Shown: positions 1 through 11,166, counted from the stretch's first letter. The stretch: DNA of 64,000 bases from Verrucomicrobiia bacterium (GCA_041667205.1 JBAYFL010000009.1:106732-170731); one strand, 5' to 3'. Made by a program: numbers and translations. Notes: generated from the letters alone by a model not told the origin.

Positions 1-1277
1 CGGGCGAACGTTGCAAGGGCCACGCACCGGTCTATCGCGAGACGGACGGCAAGGTTTACGGCCACGCGCCCGACAACGTGACGGATGGCTGGTTTGAGTT
101 CTACAAAGGCGAGACGCGCATGATCGGTAAACACACACTGAAGCTGAAGCCGATCATTACGGGCGACCAAGGCTTGTGTCATCGCGAGTTTCCCAGCGGC
201 AGACATCTGACAGGCTGCGGCACTGTGCAGCGCCTGCTGATCGTGGCCGATCCGAAGACGAAGCAAGCCAAGACGCTGAAGTTCGATTACACCAGCGAAG
301 GCGCGCACACCATGGGCGTGGCCGCTGCGCCGGACGGGACGGTGTGTGGCGGCACGGCTTTTCCGATGCACTTCTTCAGCTTCAACCCGAAGAGCGACAC
401 ATGGATCAATCGCGAGGGATACGGCCAGTTCAACACCGTGACGCGGCAGGGCGACCACTTTTTCTTTGGTGGCTACGGCCACGGGTTTCTGCTCGATTGG
501 AACCCGGCGTGCGATTGGGCGAAGACGGTCAAGGCTGGCAAGAACTGCAATCCGCTCTGGCTCGCCGAGTGCGCGCCGACCATCAACCGCCCTCACAAGC
601 TGCTCGCGCATCCCGACGGCAAGACACTCGTGCTCGCCGGCACGCCCGGCTACGGCTACACCGGTGGCGGGTTGTTGTTCTGGGACCGCGAGACGAAGAC
701 GCGCGTGCTGCTGGAACACACCGACATCCTCCCGCAGCATTCGACGATGAGCCTCGTCGCATTGCCGGGCGGTAAACTGCTCGGCGGCACAACCACGGCG
801 GCGGGCACAGGCGGCGAGAAGAAGGCCGCCGAAGCTGAGCTTTACCTGATGGACATGGCGACGAAGAAGGTGGAATGGCACGCGCCGGTGTTTCCCGGCG
901 CGCAGGGCTACACCGACCTCTGTCTCGCGCCGAACGGTTTGGTGTGTGGCTTCGCAGATCAACGGCGGTTCTTCGTGTTCGACCCGGCGAAGCGGAAGCT
1001 CGTCCACAACGAAGAGACCGGCGCGAAGTTCGGACCGTGTGTTTCGCACCAAGGCCCGCGCGCATTTGTGCGGGGCAAGGGCGGCATAATCTACATCCTG
1101 TTTACGAAAGGCATCGCCAAGCTCGACGCGACCACGTTCGCGATCACCATGCTGGCCGCCTCACCGGTGCCGATTGCATGTGGCGGGGACTATCTTGGCG
1201 GGCGTATCTACTTCGCCAGCGGGTCGCACGTTTACAGTTGGGCAACACCGGAGCAACCAATGAGGAGCAGACATTAG
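1..1277 (+). CDS. hypothetical protein, 5' end probably outside window
   Basis: The frame is open from base 3 through the listed GTG at 78 to TAG at 1275-1277, so the start is probably upstream. Gly/Thr-rich stretches (GYGYTGGG, GGTTTAAGTGG) are present but I cannot name a family motif. Confidence 0.5.
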   Translation, partial: GERCKGHAPVYRETDGKVYGHAPDNVTDGWFEFYKGETRMIGKHTLKLKPIITGDQGLCHREFPSGRHLTGCGTVQRLLIVADPKTKQAKTLKFDYTSEGAHTMGVAAAPDGTVCGGTAFPMHFFSFNPKSDTWINREGYGQFNTVTRQGDHFFFGGYGHGFLLDWNPACDWAKTVKAGKNCNPLWLAECAPTINRPHKLLAHPDGKTLVLAGTPGYGYTGGGLLFWDRETKTRVLLEHTDILPQHSTMSLVALPGGKLLGGTTTAAGTGGEKKAAEAELYLMDMATKKVEWHAPVFPGAQGYTDLCLAPNGLVCGFADQRRFFVFDPAKRKLVHNEETGAKFGPCVSHQGPRAFVRGKGGIIYILFTKGIAKLDATTFAITMLAASPVPIACGGDYLGGRIYFASGSHVYSWATPEQPMRSRH

Positions 1278-1280
1278 CTG

Positions 1281-2993
1281 ATGAATCGCTGTATCCATGT
1301 CTTGTTGTGCTGTTGCGCCGCAATCGCGTGCGGGCATGTTGGCGTTGCGGCGGAAACTCCGAAGCGCGTTGAGGCGGACGTGTGCGTCTATGGCGGAACA
1401 TCAGGCGGCGTCGCGGCCGCGGTGCAGGCGGCGCGGATGGGCAAGCGGGTCGTCATTGCCGAGTCGGGCCGGCATTTGGGTGGGATGACGTCGGGCGGCC
1501 TGAGCGCGGTGGACATCGGCGACCCACGCTCGGTTGGCGGTATCTCGCGGGAGTATTTCACACGGCTCGCGGCGACGGTGGGCGCCAAGCTCGCGTGGGA
1601 CAAGCCGTTCACGAGCAAAGGCGGCGGCCCGGCCACGGGCGGCGCCTACGCCATCGAACCGCACAAGGCGGAGCAGGTCTTCAACGGGATGGCGAAGGAA
1701 GCTGGCGTCACGGTGCACTTCAACGCCCGTCTCGCCTCCGTTACGCATCACGCATTACGCATTACGGAACTCCGCACCGAGGACGGGACTATCTTCCGAG
1801 CCAAGATGTTCATTGACGCCACCTACGAAGGCGACCTGATGGCGAAGGCGGGCGTGAGCTGCACGCTGATGCGCGAGGGCAACGCGAAGTATGGCGAGAC
1901 CTACAACGGCATCCACTACGCCGACAAATACAAGCCGCGCACGAATCACTTGAAGCCCGGCCCGACCGGTCGCGTGCCCGGTGGCCAGGGCGTGTGGGAC
2001 CGCGACCTGCCGCTCGATCCCTACGTCGTGCCGGGCAATCCGAAAAGCGGTCTGTTGCCGCTCGTGCAAGCGGGCAAACGCGGCAAGCCTGGCGAGGCTG
2101 CGCCGGGCGTGCAGGCTTATTGCTTCCGACTTTGCCTGACGACCAACACGGCGAACCGTATTTCTATCGCGCCACCGCCGGATTACGATCCGAAGCGCTA
2201 CGAACTCGTGGCGCGCTTCATCGCTGCCTGTCTCACCATTGGTGACGACATGGACCTGCGCTGGTTCTCGAAACACGATCCGTTGCCAAACGGGAAATGG
2301 GACTTCAACACCGCCACCTTCGGCGGCAATATGCCCGGCGCGAGTTGGGAATGGCCGGAGGCCAGCTACTCCCGCCGCGAGCAGATCGCGAAGGAGCACG
2401 AGAACTATCACCGCGGCCTGTTGCACTTCCTCGCCACCGACCCGCGCGTGCCGGCGAAGGTGCGTGAAGAAATGAAGCGGTATGGTTTGCCGAAGGACGA
2501 GTTTACCGACAACGGAGGCTGGCCGCACCAGATTTACGTGCGCGAGGCACGACGCATGGTCAGCGATCTCGTGATAACCGAGCATCACACGTTTGGCCGG
2601 CAGGTAGCGCCGAACTCCGTCGGCCTCGGTTCCTACGGCACCGACACGCACGAAATCCGCCGCATCGTCAAGGACGGCGTCGTTTGCCGCGAAGGCAAGA
2701 CCGCCACCGGCCGTGACGGCGCGCCGCCGTATCCCATCGGTTACGGCGCCATCGTGCCGCGCGCGAGCGAGTGCGAGAACCTTTTCGTTACCTTCGCACT
2801 CTCCGCGAGCCACACCGCGTTCAGCAGCATCCGCATGGAGCCGGTGTTCATGGTCACAAGCCAAAGCGCGGCGACAGCAGCATGCATGGCTATTGAGGAT
2901 GGCACGACGGCGCAGAAGGTAGACTACGCGAAGTTGCGTGAGCGGTTACTCATGGACAAACAGGTTTTGGAAGGGCAAAACCGGAGGCCATGA
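1281..2993 (+). CDS. FAD-dependent oxidoreductase (FAD_oxidored-type), secreted
   Basis: N-terminal hydrophobic signal followed by a dinucleotide-binding motif VYGGTSGGVAAAVQAARMG..ESGRHLGGMTSGGL. A conserved IDATYEGDLMA block is shared with the next gene. Confidence 0.8.
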   Translation: MNRCIHVLLCCCAAIACGHVGVAAETPKRVEADVCVYGGTSGGVAAAVQAARMGKRVVIAESGRHLGGMTSGGLSAVDIGDPRSVGGISREYFTRLAATVGAKLAWDKPFTSKGGGPATGGAYAIEPHKAEQVFNGMAKEAGVTVHFNARLASVTHHALRITELRTEDGTIFRAKMFIDATYEGDLMAKAGVSCTLMREGNAKYGETYNGIHYADKYKPRTNHLKPGPTGRVPGGQGVWDRDLPLDPYVVPGNPKSGLLPLVQAGKRGKPGEAAPGVQAYCFRLCLTTNTANRISIAPPPDYDPKRYELVARFIAACLTIGDDMDLRWFSKHDPLPNGKWDFNTATFGGNMPGASWEWPEASYSRREQIAKEHENYHRGLLHFLATDPRVPAKVREEMKRYGLPKDEFTDNGGWPHQIYVREARRMVSDLVITEHHTFGRQVAPNSVGLGSYGTDTHEIRRIVKDGVVCREGKTATGRDGAPPYPIGYGAIVPRASECENLFVTFALSASHTAFSSIRMEPVFMVTSQSAATAACMAIEDGTTAQKVDYAKLRERLLMDKQVLEGQNRRP

Positions 2994-4648
2994 GAATCTT
3001 TCGATGGTTAGCCTTTCTGGTTCTTACCTCATTCGTTCATTTCACGACTTGTGCCGCCGAATATGACCTCGTCGTCTATGGTGGCACGTCGGCGGGCGTG
3101 ATTGCCGCGGTGCAGGCGAAGAAGATGGGCAAGTCGGTCATCATCGTCTGCCCGGACAAACATCTCGGCGGACTCTCCAGCGGCGGGCTGGGGTTCACCG
3201 ACACGGGCAACAAGGCCGTCATCGGCGGTCTGTCCCGCGACTTCTATCATCGCGTCTGGAAGCATTACGACACGGCTGCGGCGTGGAAATGGCAGAAGAA
3301 GGCGGAATACGGTAACAAGGGGCAGGGGACGCCCGCCATTGACGGCGAGCAACGGACGATGTGGATTTTTGAGCCGCACGTGGCCGAGCGGGTCTTCGAG
3401 GATTACATCCGCGAGTTCAAGATTCCCGTCCGCCGCAACGAATGGCTCGACCGCGCCAAGGGCGTGAAGAAGGACGGCGCGCGCATCGTTTCGATCACGA
3501 CGCTGGGCCGGAAGACTTACGCGGGGAGGATGTTCATTGACGCCACCTACGAGGGCGACCTGATGGCCGCGGCGGGCGTGGATTATCACGTCGGGCGCGA
3601 GGCGCAGAGCGTTTATGGCGAGCAATGGAACGGTGTGCAGACCGGCGTGCTGCATCACCGGCATCATTTCGGCGCGCTGAAGACTCCCATCAGTCCCTAC
3701 ATTGTGCCGGGCGATCCGAAGAGCGGCGTGCTAGCGCGCATCAGCATCGAGCCACCGGGCGAGTTCGGCGCGGGCGACAAACGCGTGCAGGCCTACTGTT
3801 TCCGCATGTGCCTTACCGACGATCCGCGCAACCGCATCCCTTTCCCGAAGCCGAAGGGCTACAACGCGAAGCAATACGAACTGTTGTTGCGCGTCTTCGC
3901 GGCGGGCTGGCGCGAGACGTTCGAGAAGTTCGACCCGATCCCGAACCACAAGACCGACACGAACAACCACGGGCCGTTCAGCACCGACAACATCGGCCGC
4001 AACTACGATTACCCCGACGCGAGCTACGAGCGCCGGCGCGAGATTCTCCGCGAGCACGAGACCTACCAGAAAGGCTGGCTCTGGTTCATCGCCAACGATC
4101 CGCGCGTGCCGAAGGACGTGCAGGACGCCATGCGCCGATGGGGCCTGCCGAAGGATGAGTTCAAGGACAACGGCGGCTGGTCGCACCAGATCTACGTGCG
4201 CGAAGCGCGCCGGATGATCGGCAGCTACGTGATGACCGAGAACGAGCTGACGAAGAAGCGCCCGACGCCGGAGTCGGTCGGCATGGGCAGCTACACAATA
4301 GACTCGCACAACGTGCAGCGTTACATCATGCCCGAGGGCCACGTGCAGAACGAGGGCGACATCGGCGTCTCCACCAAAGGCCCCTACGAGATCGCCTACG
4401 GCTCGCTCGTGCCGAAGCGCGGCCAAGCCGACAACCTTCTTGTGCCCGTGTGCGTCTCCAGTTCGCACATTGCGTTCGGCAGCATCCGCATGGAACCGGT
4501 GTTCATGATCCTCGGCCAATCCGCCGCGACCGCCGCGTGCATGGCGCTGGATGCCGGCGCGCCGGTGCAGCAGGTGGATTACGCCAAGCTGCGCGAGCGG
4601 CTGCTGAAGGAAGGGCAGGTGCTGGGATGGAAGAAGAGCGAAAAGTAA
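2990..4648 (+). CDS. FAD-dependent oxidoreductase, tandem paralog of 1281-2993
   Basis: ATGA start/stop overlap with the previous gene. VVYGGTSAGVIAAVQAKKMG..HLGGLSSGGLG and colinear blocks (IDATYEGDLMAAAGV, QAYCFRMCLT, GWSHQIYVREARRM, SIRMEPVFM) match the upstream paralog. Confidence 0.8.
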   Translation: MRIFRWLAFLVLTSFVHFTTCAAEYDLVVYGGTSAGVIAAVQAKKMGKSVIIVCPDKHLGGLSSGGLGFTDTGNKAVIGGLSRDFYHRVWKHYDTAAAWKWQKKAEYGNKGQGTPAIDGEQRTMWIFEPHVAERVFEDYIREFKIPVRRNEWLDRAKGVKKDGARIVSITTLGRKTYAGRMFIDATYEGDLMAAAGVDYHVGREAQSVYGEQWNGVQTGVLHHRHHFGALKTPISPYIVPGDPKSGVLARISIEPPGEFGAGDKRVQAYCFRMCLTDDPRNRIPFPKPKGYNAKQYELLLRVFAAGWRETFEKFDPIPNHKTDTNNHGPFSTDNIGRNYDYPDASYERRREILREHETYQKGWLWFIANDPRVPKDVQDAMRRWGLPKDEFKDNGGWSHQIYVREARRMIGSYVMTENELTKKRPTPESVGMGSYTIDSHNVQRYIMPEGHVQNEGDIGVSTKGPYEIAYGSLVPKRGQADNLLVPVCVSSSHIAFGSIRMEPVFMILGQSAATAACMALDAGAPVQQVDYAKLRERLLKEGQVLGWKKSEK

Positions 4649-4702
4649 TCCTCACGCTCCGCATGAGGATCGTCTTTGGAGCCATCACGCGGAGCGTGAT
4701 GA

Positions 4703-6760
4703 CTACTGTAGTTTGAGCGCGCGGAAGAGGTTGTTGTAGTCGTCCGTCCAAAGGAAGAGATTGGGTTGCGGTTTGATCACCTTGCCTCCCTCGCGGATTT
4801 GGGGAGCTGCCAGCAGTGCCTTGTTCGCGGTGACGATGATTTGGTCGGTGTTGTAGAACCACGTTTCCGAATCAGTGTCTTCAGCGTCCACGTCATCGGT
4901 GACCATCACGGCGGTCAGACCGACCTCTGCCGCCAGCGTCGCGACGACGGGGGCGATGTCCACGTAACGGTTGGTCGCCTGGAAGATGAGCGCGCCGCCG
5001 GGCTTCAGGTGTTTGAGGTAGATCGCCATCGCCTCGCGCGTGAGCAAATGCAACGGGATGGCGTCGCCGGAGAACGCATCGAGCGCCAGCACGTCAAACT
5101 GCTGCGACGGCTCGCGTTCGAGACTCAGCCGGCCATCGCCAAGCACCACCTCGGTTTTCGCCGGCCCCTCTGTCAGGAACGTGAACTCCGTGCGGGCCAG
5201 TTCCATCACCTGCGGGTTGATCTCGTAGAACCGGAACTCGTCGCCCTTGCGCGCGTAGGCGATGATCGAGCCTGCGCCGAGTCCGACCACTCCAACCTTG
5301 CGTGGAGCGGTCGGCAGGCTTGTGAACAGCCGCCCAAAGCCGCTCGTCGGTGCAAAGTAGGTGTTGGCCGCGAAGCGCATGTCCATGTCGAGGAACTGTC
5401 CCCCGTGCAGGATCTCGCCGTGCGTTAGTGACCGGAACGATTGTGGCGAGGAGGAATCACTCGTGCGAATGGCACCGTAAAAATTCCGTTTCATCACGCG
5501 CATGCCGGCAATCTGTTCCTGCACTGCCTTGGAGGCTTCGCTCGCCGTCAAACCGATCACCGCCACGCCGAGCGCCAGCGCCCACCAACCGACGCGCCGC
5601 GCAGAGAATGCAATCAACGCCGCGCAGGCCACGAGGCCGATGCTGATCTCGAAGAAACCTCGCAGCAGATACGGCGCGGCAAATCCCACCAGCAGCCCGC
5701 CGAGCGCGCCGCCGATGCTGATCATCAAGTAGAACGTCGTCAGGAACTGCGGCGACGGCTTGCTCCGCGCGAGTTCGCCGTGGCAGCACATGCAGCAGAT
5801 GAACAGCCCGGCGGCGAAAATCGCCACGACCTCTCGCAGGTCCAGAGAACTGGTGTGGTGTGCCATCATCGGCAGCGCCACGGCCACCAGCGGCAGGAAC
5901 ACGATGCGCCGATACCAGCGCGGATGGTCGAAGCAGAAGATGAAGCTTGCCAGGTAGATCGCGAGCGGTGCGATCCAGAGAAACGGCACGGAGGCGACGT
6001 TTTGGCAGAGGTGGTTGGTGACCGCCAGCAGCATGAACGACCCCATCGCGGCTAGCGCCATCCATTCGAGCCGCAGGCCGAGGCTGGGCTTCACGGCCGC
6101 GGGCGGATTGTTCGCAGCTTGCGCAGCCGGCATTGCACTGCCGGAGCGCGCGCCGCTCACGGCGGCCCAGATGCAGAGCACCGCGAACACCACGTAGCAA
6201 GCCGACCAGACGAACGACTGCATGTGCGCGCTCACCCAAGGCTCGATGGTAAACGGATACGCCAGCAGTGCCAGCAGCGACGCGAGATTGGAGAGCGCGA
6301 AGAGCCGGTAGGGCATCGCGTGTTGGTGCCGCCGCGCAAACCACGCCTGCACCAGCGGCGTCGTGGTTGAAAGAAGCAGATACGGCAGCCCGATCGTGAC
6401 AGCAAGCAGGCCGAGGATTTGCCAACTCGGATTCTCCGCGCCGGTCGGCTTCCACGCCGCGCTGGGGATGATCGGCAGCAACAACAGGCTCGCCGCGAGG
6501 AGGCCGACGTGGAGCATCGCCTGCCGCCGGGGCGCAAGCCGGCGAGTCGTCCAGTCGGCGTAGGCATAGCCCGCGAGCAGCGCCATTTGGAAAAACACCA
6601 TGCACGTCGCCCACACCGCCGCCGAGCCGCCGAACCACGGCAGGATTTGTTTGGCAATGATCGGCTGCACGAGGAAAAGCAGGAACGCGCTCAGGAAGAT
6701 CGTTCCGGCGTAGAGCGGCAGCGCGGATGATCGGGGAGGGGCGGCTTCAGCAGTAGTCAC
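4703..6760 (-). CDS. polytopic membrane protein fused to spermidine synthase-like methyltransferase domain
   Basis: GTG start. About 400 aa of hydrophobic helices are followed by VGVVGLGAGSIIAY...FDVLALDAFSGDAIPLHLLTREA...LKPGGALIF, the aminopropyltransferase/SAM-MTase signature. Confidence 0.65.
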   Translation of the reverse strand: MTTAEAAPPRSSALPLYAGTIFLSAFLLFLVQPIIAKQILPWFGGSAAVWATCMVFFQMALLAGYAYADWTTRRLAPRRQAMLHVGLLAASLLLLPIIPSAAWKPTGAENPSWQILGLLAVTIGLPYLLLSTTTPLVQAWFARRHQHAMPYRLFALSNLASLLALLAYPFTIEPWVSAHMQSFVWSACYVVFAVLCIWAAVSGARSGSAMPAAQAANNPPAAVKPSLGLRLEWMALAAMGSFMLLAVTNHLCQNVASVPFLWIAPLAIYLASFIFCFDHPRWYRRIVFLPLVAVALPMMAHHTSSLDLREVVAIFAAGLFICCMCCHGELARSKPSPQFLTTFYLMISIGGALGGLLVGFAAPYLLRGFFEISIGLVACAALIAFSARRVGWWALALGVAVIGLTASEASKAVQEQIAGMRVMKRNFYGAIRTSDSSSPQSFRSLTHGEILHGGQFLDMDMRFAANTYFAPTSGFGRLFTSLPTAPRKVGVVGLGAGSIIAYARKGDEFRFYEINPQVMELARTEFTFLTEGPAKTEVVLGDGRLSLEREPSQQFDVLALDAFSGDAIPLHLLTREAMAIYLKHLKPGGALIFQATNRYVDIAPVVATLAAEVGLTAVMVTDDVDAEDTDSETWFYNTDQIIVTANKALLAAPQIREGGKVIKPQPNLFLWTDDYNNLFRALKLQ

Positions 6761-6847
6761 GGCGGCGAGCGTATGGGTTTGCCGACAAGGAGCAAGCGCG
6801 AAATCAAACGCGGTGCCGCAAGAAAGAAATCAATCATGACGTGCGAG

Positions 6848-6933
6848 CACATAAGTGGGGCGAGTTTCCAAACTCGCCCGCGGGGTTGACGCGAGGCCGC
6901 TGCGTGAGCTTGGAAGCTCACGCCACTTATGTG
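6848..6933. repeat. REPIN-like nested-hairpin element (GTGG-headed)
   Basis: The terminal inverted repeats CACATAAGTGG (6848-6858) and CCACTTATGTG (6923-6933) are exact complements. Each arm has its own hairpin (GCGAGTTT/AAACTCGC and GTGAGCTT/AAGCTCAC). It lies between two minus-strand genes. Confidence 0.6.
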
Positions 6934-7022
6934 GATGAGTGGCGCCGTGTAAACGACAGGTTATGTCTCGCGACGCTCTGCTCCCCGGAAGTGGCGAGAG
7001 TTGCGGCGATATCGGGCGGCGG

Positions 7023-8573
7023 CTATCTCGTCGGAACGCCGTCCGCGGGCAGAAGCCAGACTTCCAACACGCCTTTGTAGCCGTCGAGCCTGACGGAGTT
7101 AACCTGCATGAAAAGGCGGCCGGAGCCGGGGCTGGTGAAGATGATGTCGCAGCCAAGCTGGAAGGGCCGGCCGCTCGCGCCAACGCGGCCGACGAGGGAT
7201 TGGTTGCGCAGCGACGCGCCAAGGGCGTTGTCGAGCGAGGGGGAGCCGTCGGCGGTGGATGGGCCGAAAAGCGGCGAGCTATTCCAATCGCCGCGAGCGA
7301 TGGCGCGGTAGCGCCGTCCTTGCTGCAAATCGAGTCCGCTGTCCTGCCACGGCTTGGCGCTGTCCATGCGCACGGGCTTGGGCAGTGGCGCGCTGCCGCG
7401 GAGCCATCGTTCGGTGGCGAGCCAGCCGGAGTCGAGCGTGGCGGTGATGCGGATGTCGTCGAAGACGGCTTTGGTATCGAGCCCACCGCGAAGGGTGATG
7501 AGCGACGGCGTGAGGCCGAGCGGGGTAGTGAGGGGCGAGGCGTCGTTGACGCGGGCGCGGAGTTGGCGAGTTTCGGTGGCGATGTTGACGACGAACGGTT
7601 CGGTGGCCCGCAGGATGTCAAGCTCGGCGGCCCACTCCGTGCCGTTGCGCAGCGCGAACTTGCGGTCGCTCTTGATGGCTGCTGATTGGCTGCGCAGGCC
7701 GTTGGGTGGTGCAGAGTCGGCCCATTGAGCGAGGCCGATGGAAGTGTAGCCCTGTTCGGGCACGTTGAGGCGGGCGCTGACTTCGACGGGGCCGGTGACG
7801 ACGGCACGCCACAGCATCGGGTCGGTAGCGAGCACGGTGGTGGCGAGGGCGCCGTTGGCAACCTTCCAGTCGTTGCTGGTGCCGCCAATGGCACGCCAGT
7901 CGCTGAGCTGTTCGGGCCGGGAAAAATCATAGCTGATCTCGATACGACCGCCGGCCAGCGGTCGGACACGGCCTTTGAAGAGCGCAGCCATTTGCGCGGC
8001 GGCGTTGAGCACGGCCTGTTGTCGGGCGTTGAGCGGCCGGCCGCTCCAGAAGGTGATGCGTGGCGCGAGCATGGGGTCGAGGTCGAACGCAGCGGTGAAG
8101 TGCGCCTGCGCCTGCGCGTCGAGGCGGAGAGATCGTGCGAGGATGCCGAGACCAAGCTGTTCGTCGGCGGAGCGCGGGTCGGCGGCGCTGACCAGCACGG
8201 CGTAGAGCGAGGCGGGCTTGAGGTCGCCCCACGGCACGCGGGCGGTGACGTTGCCGAGCTTGGTCACGGTCAAGTCCGCGGGGCTGGCGGCGGTGATGAC
8301 GCCTGCGACAACGACGTTGTTGCGCAGGAATAGAGTGACGGGGGCGGAGGGCGTTGCGGCGAGCGCGGTAAGCTGGCGGGTCTTGATCGCTGGCAGGGCA
8401 CGCAATTCAGGCGCGTCGAGCTGCGCGACTGCCTCGTCGAACTGGCCGACGGCAAGGAAACGCATGGCGTTGCTGGCGGAGTTGACGTTGGGGGTGCTAT
8501 TGTCCGCGGCAAAGCCGATGAGACTGGACGCAAGCGTGGCGATCAAGGCGGCGCAGAGTTTCATCGTGCTCAT
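7023..8573 (-). CDS. secreted hypothetical protein
   Basis: 516-aa ORF with signal-like N-terminus MSTMKLCAALIATLASSLIGFAADN (an alternative ATG is at 8564). I could read no confident family motif. The overlapping 441-aa ORF 6830-8155 is a low-complexity shadow ORF. Confidence 0.6.
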   Translation of the reverse strand: MSTMKLCAALIATLASSLIGFAADNSTPNVNSASNAMRFLAVGQFDEAVAQLDAPELRALPAIKTRQLTALAATPSAPVTLFLRNNVVVAGVITAASPADLTVTKLGNVTARVPWGDLKPASLYAVLVSAADPRSADEQLGLGILARSLRLDAQAQAHFTAAFDLDPMLAPRITFWSGRPLNARQQAVLNAAAQMAALFKGRVRPLAGGRIEISYDFSRPEQLSDWRAIGGTSNDWKVANGALATTVLATDPMLWRAVVTGPVEVSARLNVPEQGYTSIGLAQWADSAPPNGLRSQSAAIKSDRKFALRNGTEWAAELDILRATEPFVVNIATETRQLRARVNDASPLTTPLGLTPSLITLRGGLDTKAVFDDIRITATLDSGWLATERWLRGSAPLPKPVRMDSAKPWQDSGLDLQQGRRYRAIARGDWNSSPLFGPSTADGSPSLDNALGASLRNQSLVGRVGASGRPFQLGCDIIFTSPGSGRLFMQVNSVRLDGYKGVLEVWLLPADGVPTR

Positions 8574-8713
8574 GATGACGCCGCGGCTTCGTTCTGCAAG
8601 GGAGAAAACGCGCGGCCCGCCACGAAGGGCTTTACTACCCGCAGTTATTTCCGGCAGAGTCGGCGACGTGTCGTGTCGGACACGTTGGTATGCAACGTCG
8701 CCAAGCCAAAACC

Positions 8714-9904
8714 ATGAACATCTACCGCAAACTTCCGTTGAACCGTCTCATCGCGACCGTCACAGCCTGTCTTGTTTGTCTTGCCGCCTCCGCAGCGGAT
8801 TGGGAGAAGCAAGCTGTTGAGGACGCCAAGCAGGACCGCAGGACTATCGCCTACGACGGCAAGACGCCGGACAAGCTCGTTTGCGACACGACGCTGCGGG
8901 AGTTGTCTGACGGCTCGTGGGCGTTGTTCATGCTCGCGGGCGACGACTTCGAGCCATCGCCGAAGAACTACACCGGCCTGACGCGCAGCACCGACGGCGG
9001 CAAGACATGGTCGCCGCTGCAACCCGTGGACATCGGCTTTCTGCGCGAAGGCAAGACCAGCGGCCAAGGCCCGACGGAACTGATGGTGCGTGGCAACCGC
9101 TGCACGCTGTTCTTCTCGACGCATTCGCAGACGTGGGGACGCGACTGGAAGTCGTGGATGATGTTCAGCGACGATTGTTGCCGCACGTGGAGCAAGCCGC
9201 AGCCGATGCCCGGTCGGCTGGCGAACTTCACCTTTATTCGTAACCACATCGTCACGCGCGATGGGCGCATCCTGATTCCGTTCCAGCATTACCTCGGCCC
9301 GCTGGCCGGCACGCCGCCACCGCCGCCGGAGGAAAAGCCGTGGCACAAGACGCTGGCTCACTACGTCAGCAACCCACGCAACGGTGTGCTCATGAGCGGC
9401 GACGGCGGCAAGACCTGGACAGAACACGGCAACATCCGCCTCACCGACAACGACCATTATCACGGTTGGGCCGAGAACAACATCGTCGAGCTGAGCGACG
9501 GACGGATTGCGATGATCATCCGCGGCGACCGGCTCGGCGGTGTGCTTTACTACGCGGAGTCCAAGGACGGCGGTCGCACGTGGCCTGAATTCGCCGCGAA
9601 GACCGACATCCCGAATCCCGGATCGAAAGCGACGCTCTATCCGCTCGGTGGCGACAACGTTGCACTGCTGCACAATCCGAATCCGAAACACCGCAGCCCG
9701 ATGGCGCTTTGGATCAGCTTCGACGGCATGAAGACATGGCCTTACCGCCGCGTGCTCGTGCCGGAGTCGTGCGACGGTCCGAGAGGCGCAATGAATTACC
9801 CCGACGGTTTCGTCAGCAAGGACAAGCAATGGCTCCACTTCGCCTTCGACGATAACCGCCACTGCGCCGTCTACTACGGCGCAAAATTGCCACCACTACG
9901 ATGA
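8714..9904 (+). CDS. BNR/Asp-box repeat sialidase-family glycosidase
   Basis: Four Asp-box repeats: [36 protein letters not shown]. Signal peptide [20 protein letters not shown] from ATG 8714 (the listed ORF starts at 8690). Confidence 0.7.
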   Translation: MNIYRKLPLNRLIATVTACLVCLAASAADWEKQAVEDAKQDRRTIAYDGKTPDKLVCDTTLRELSDGSWALFMLAGDDFEPSPKNYTGLTRSTDGGKTWSPLQPVDIGFLREGKTSGQGPTELMVRGNRCTLFFSTHSQTWGRDWKSWMMFSDDCCRTWSKPQPMPGRLANFTFIRNHIVTRDGRILIPFQHYLGPLAGTPPPPPEEKPWHKTLAHYVSNPRNGVLMSGDGGKTWTEHGNIRLTDNDHYHGWAENNIVELSDGRIAMIIRGDRLGGVLYYAESKDGGRTWPEFAAKTDIPNPGSKATLYPLGGDNVALLHNPNPKHRSPMALWISFDGMKTWPYRRVLVPESCDGPRGAMNYPDGFVSKDKQWLHFAFDDNRHCAVYYGAKLPPLR

Positions 9905-11166
9905 CCACACGACGCCAGTTCATTGCAGCCGTCACCACCGCGCTCGGCACTTCCGCTTTTGCCGCGCCCACGAAGCCGAAAACCATCCTGCTCCAGTCCG
10001 CTTGGGACACCGTCAATATTGGCGACATCGGCCACACGCCGGGGACGCTGCGGATCATCGAGCAGCATCTGCCGGATGTGTGCGTCGTCGTGTGGGCGAT
10101 GAAACTCGACGAACGCGTCGCCGCCATGCTGCGCCGCCGTTTCCCCAAGGTGGAGTTCCTGCAAGGCAGCCTTGCAGGCAAAGGCGAGCGGGACGAGAAA
10201 TTGCGCGGGGCCATCCGCCGCTGTGACCTGTTCATTCGAAACTCCGGCATGGGCCAGGACACGAGTTTTATGGAGTTCTGCCGGAAGCTTGGCAAACCCT
10301 ACGGCCTTTACGGCCAGTCCTACTTTGCCAGCATGGTCGAGGGCAAGGGCGCGGCCGAACGGATCGCGTTGCTCAACGGCGCCGCGTTCATCTACTGCCG
10401 GGAAACCAAGACGCTCGACATCCTTCGGAACGCTAGCGTAAAACCGCCTGTGCTGGAGTTCGGCCCCGATGGTTGCTTCGGCATTGACGTGCGCGACGAG
10501 GAGCGCGGGCTTGCCACGATGAAGAAGCTTGGGTTGGAAGACCGTAAGTTCATCACCATCCAGCTTCGCACCAACACCGCCAAGCTGCCCGGCGTGGACG
10601 ACACGCGGACGCCCAAGCTCAACCCGCTGCATCCCACGCCGGAACAAATCGCCGACGACGAGCGACGCGCTGCCGTGTATCGCGACCTCATCACGCGCTG
10701 GGTGAAACGAACCGGCTACAAAGTGCTCATCGCACCCGAAGTGAAGAAGGAGATGGAGCACAACAAGCGCCTCATCCATGACCCGTTGCCGGCGGACATC
10801 CGCAAGCACGTCGTGAACCTCGACACCTTCTGGAACTCTGACGAAGCCGCTTCGGTCTTCGCGCGTGCCCACACGGCCGTCTGCCACGAGCCGCACTCGC
10901 TCATCATTGCACTGGCCAACGGCACACCGGTCATCCACACCTATTCGGAGTTTCACAGCCCGAAATGTTGGATGTTCAAGGACATTGGCCTGCCGGAATG
11001 GTTGCTGGAGTTCGATTCCACGTCTGCGGCAAAAATGGCGGAGATACTGTTCACCATACACGACGACTATCTTGGCGCGCTGACGAAAGTGAAACGCGCA
11101 ATGGAGTTCGTGGAGCAGCGGCAGGCCGCAACGATGGTTGTCGTGAAACAGTTGCTCGGATCCTAA
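9901..11166 (+). CDS. polysaccharide pyruvyl transferase-family protein with twin-arginine signal
   Basis: ATGA overlap with the upstream gene. TAT-type N-terminus [21 protein letters not shown]. The N-terminal block [12 protein letters not shown] and the C-terminal block [20 protein letters not shown] resemble the PS_pyruv_trans family. Confidence 0.55.
   Translation: MTTRRQFIAAVTTALGTSAFAAPTKPKTILLQSAWDTVNIGDIGHTPGTLRIIEQHLPDVCVVVWAMKLDERVAAMLRRRFPKVEFLQGSLAGKGERDEKLRGAIRRCDLFIRNSGMGQDTSFMEFCRKLGKPYGLYGQSYFASMVEGKGAAERIALLNGAAFIYCRETKTLDILRNASVKPPVLEFGPDGCFGIDVRDEERGLATMKKLGLEDRKFITIQLRTNTAKLPGVDDTRTPKLNPLHPTPEQIADDERRAAVYRDLITRWVKRTGYKVLIAPEVKKEMEHNKRLIHDPLPADIRKHVVNLDTFWNSDEAASVFARAHTAVCHEPHSLIIALANGTPVIHTYSEFHSPKCWMFKDIGLPEWLLEFDSTSAAKMAEILFTIHDDYLGALTKVKRAMEFVEQRQAATMVVVKQLLGS

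Noticed and set aside
6830-8155. A 441-aa minus-strand ORF overlapping 7023-8573 in another frame.
   Set aside because: Its composition is extremely Pro/Ser/Ala/Arg/Thr-rich and it has no signal or motif. The 516-aa frame has a clean signal peptide and ordinary composition, so I kept that one.
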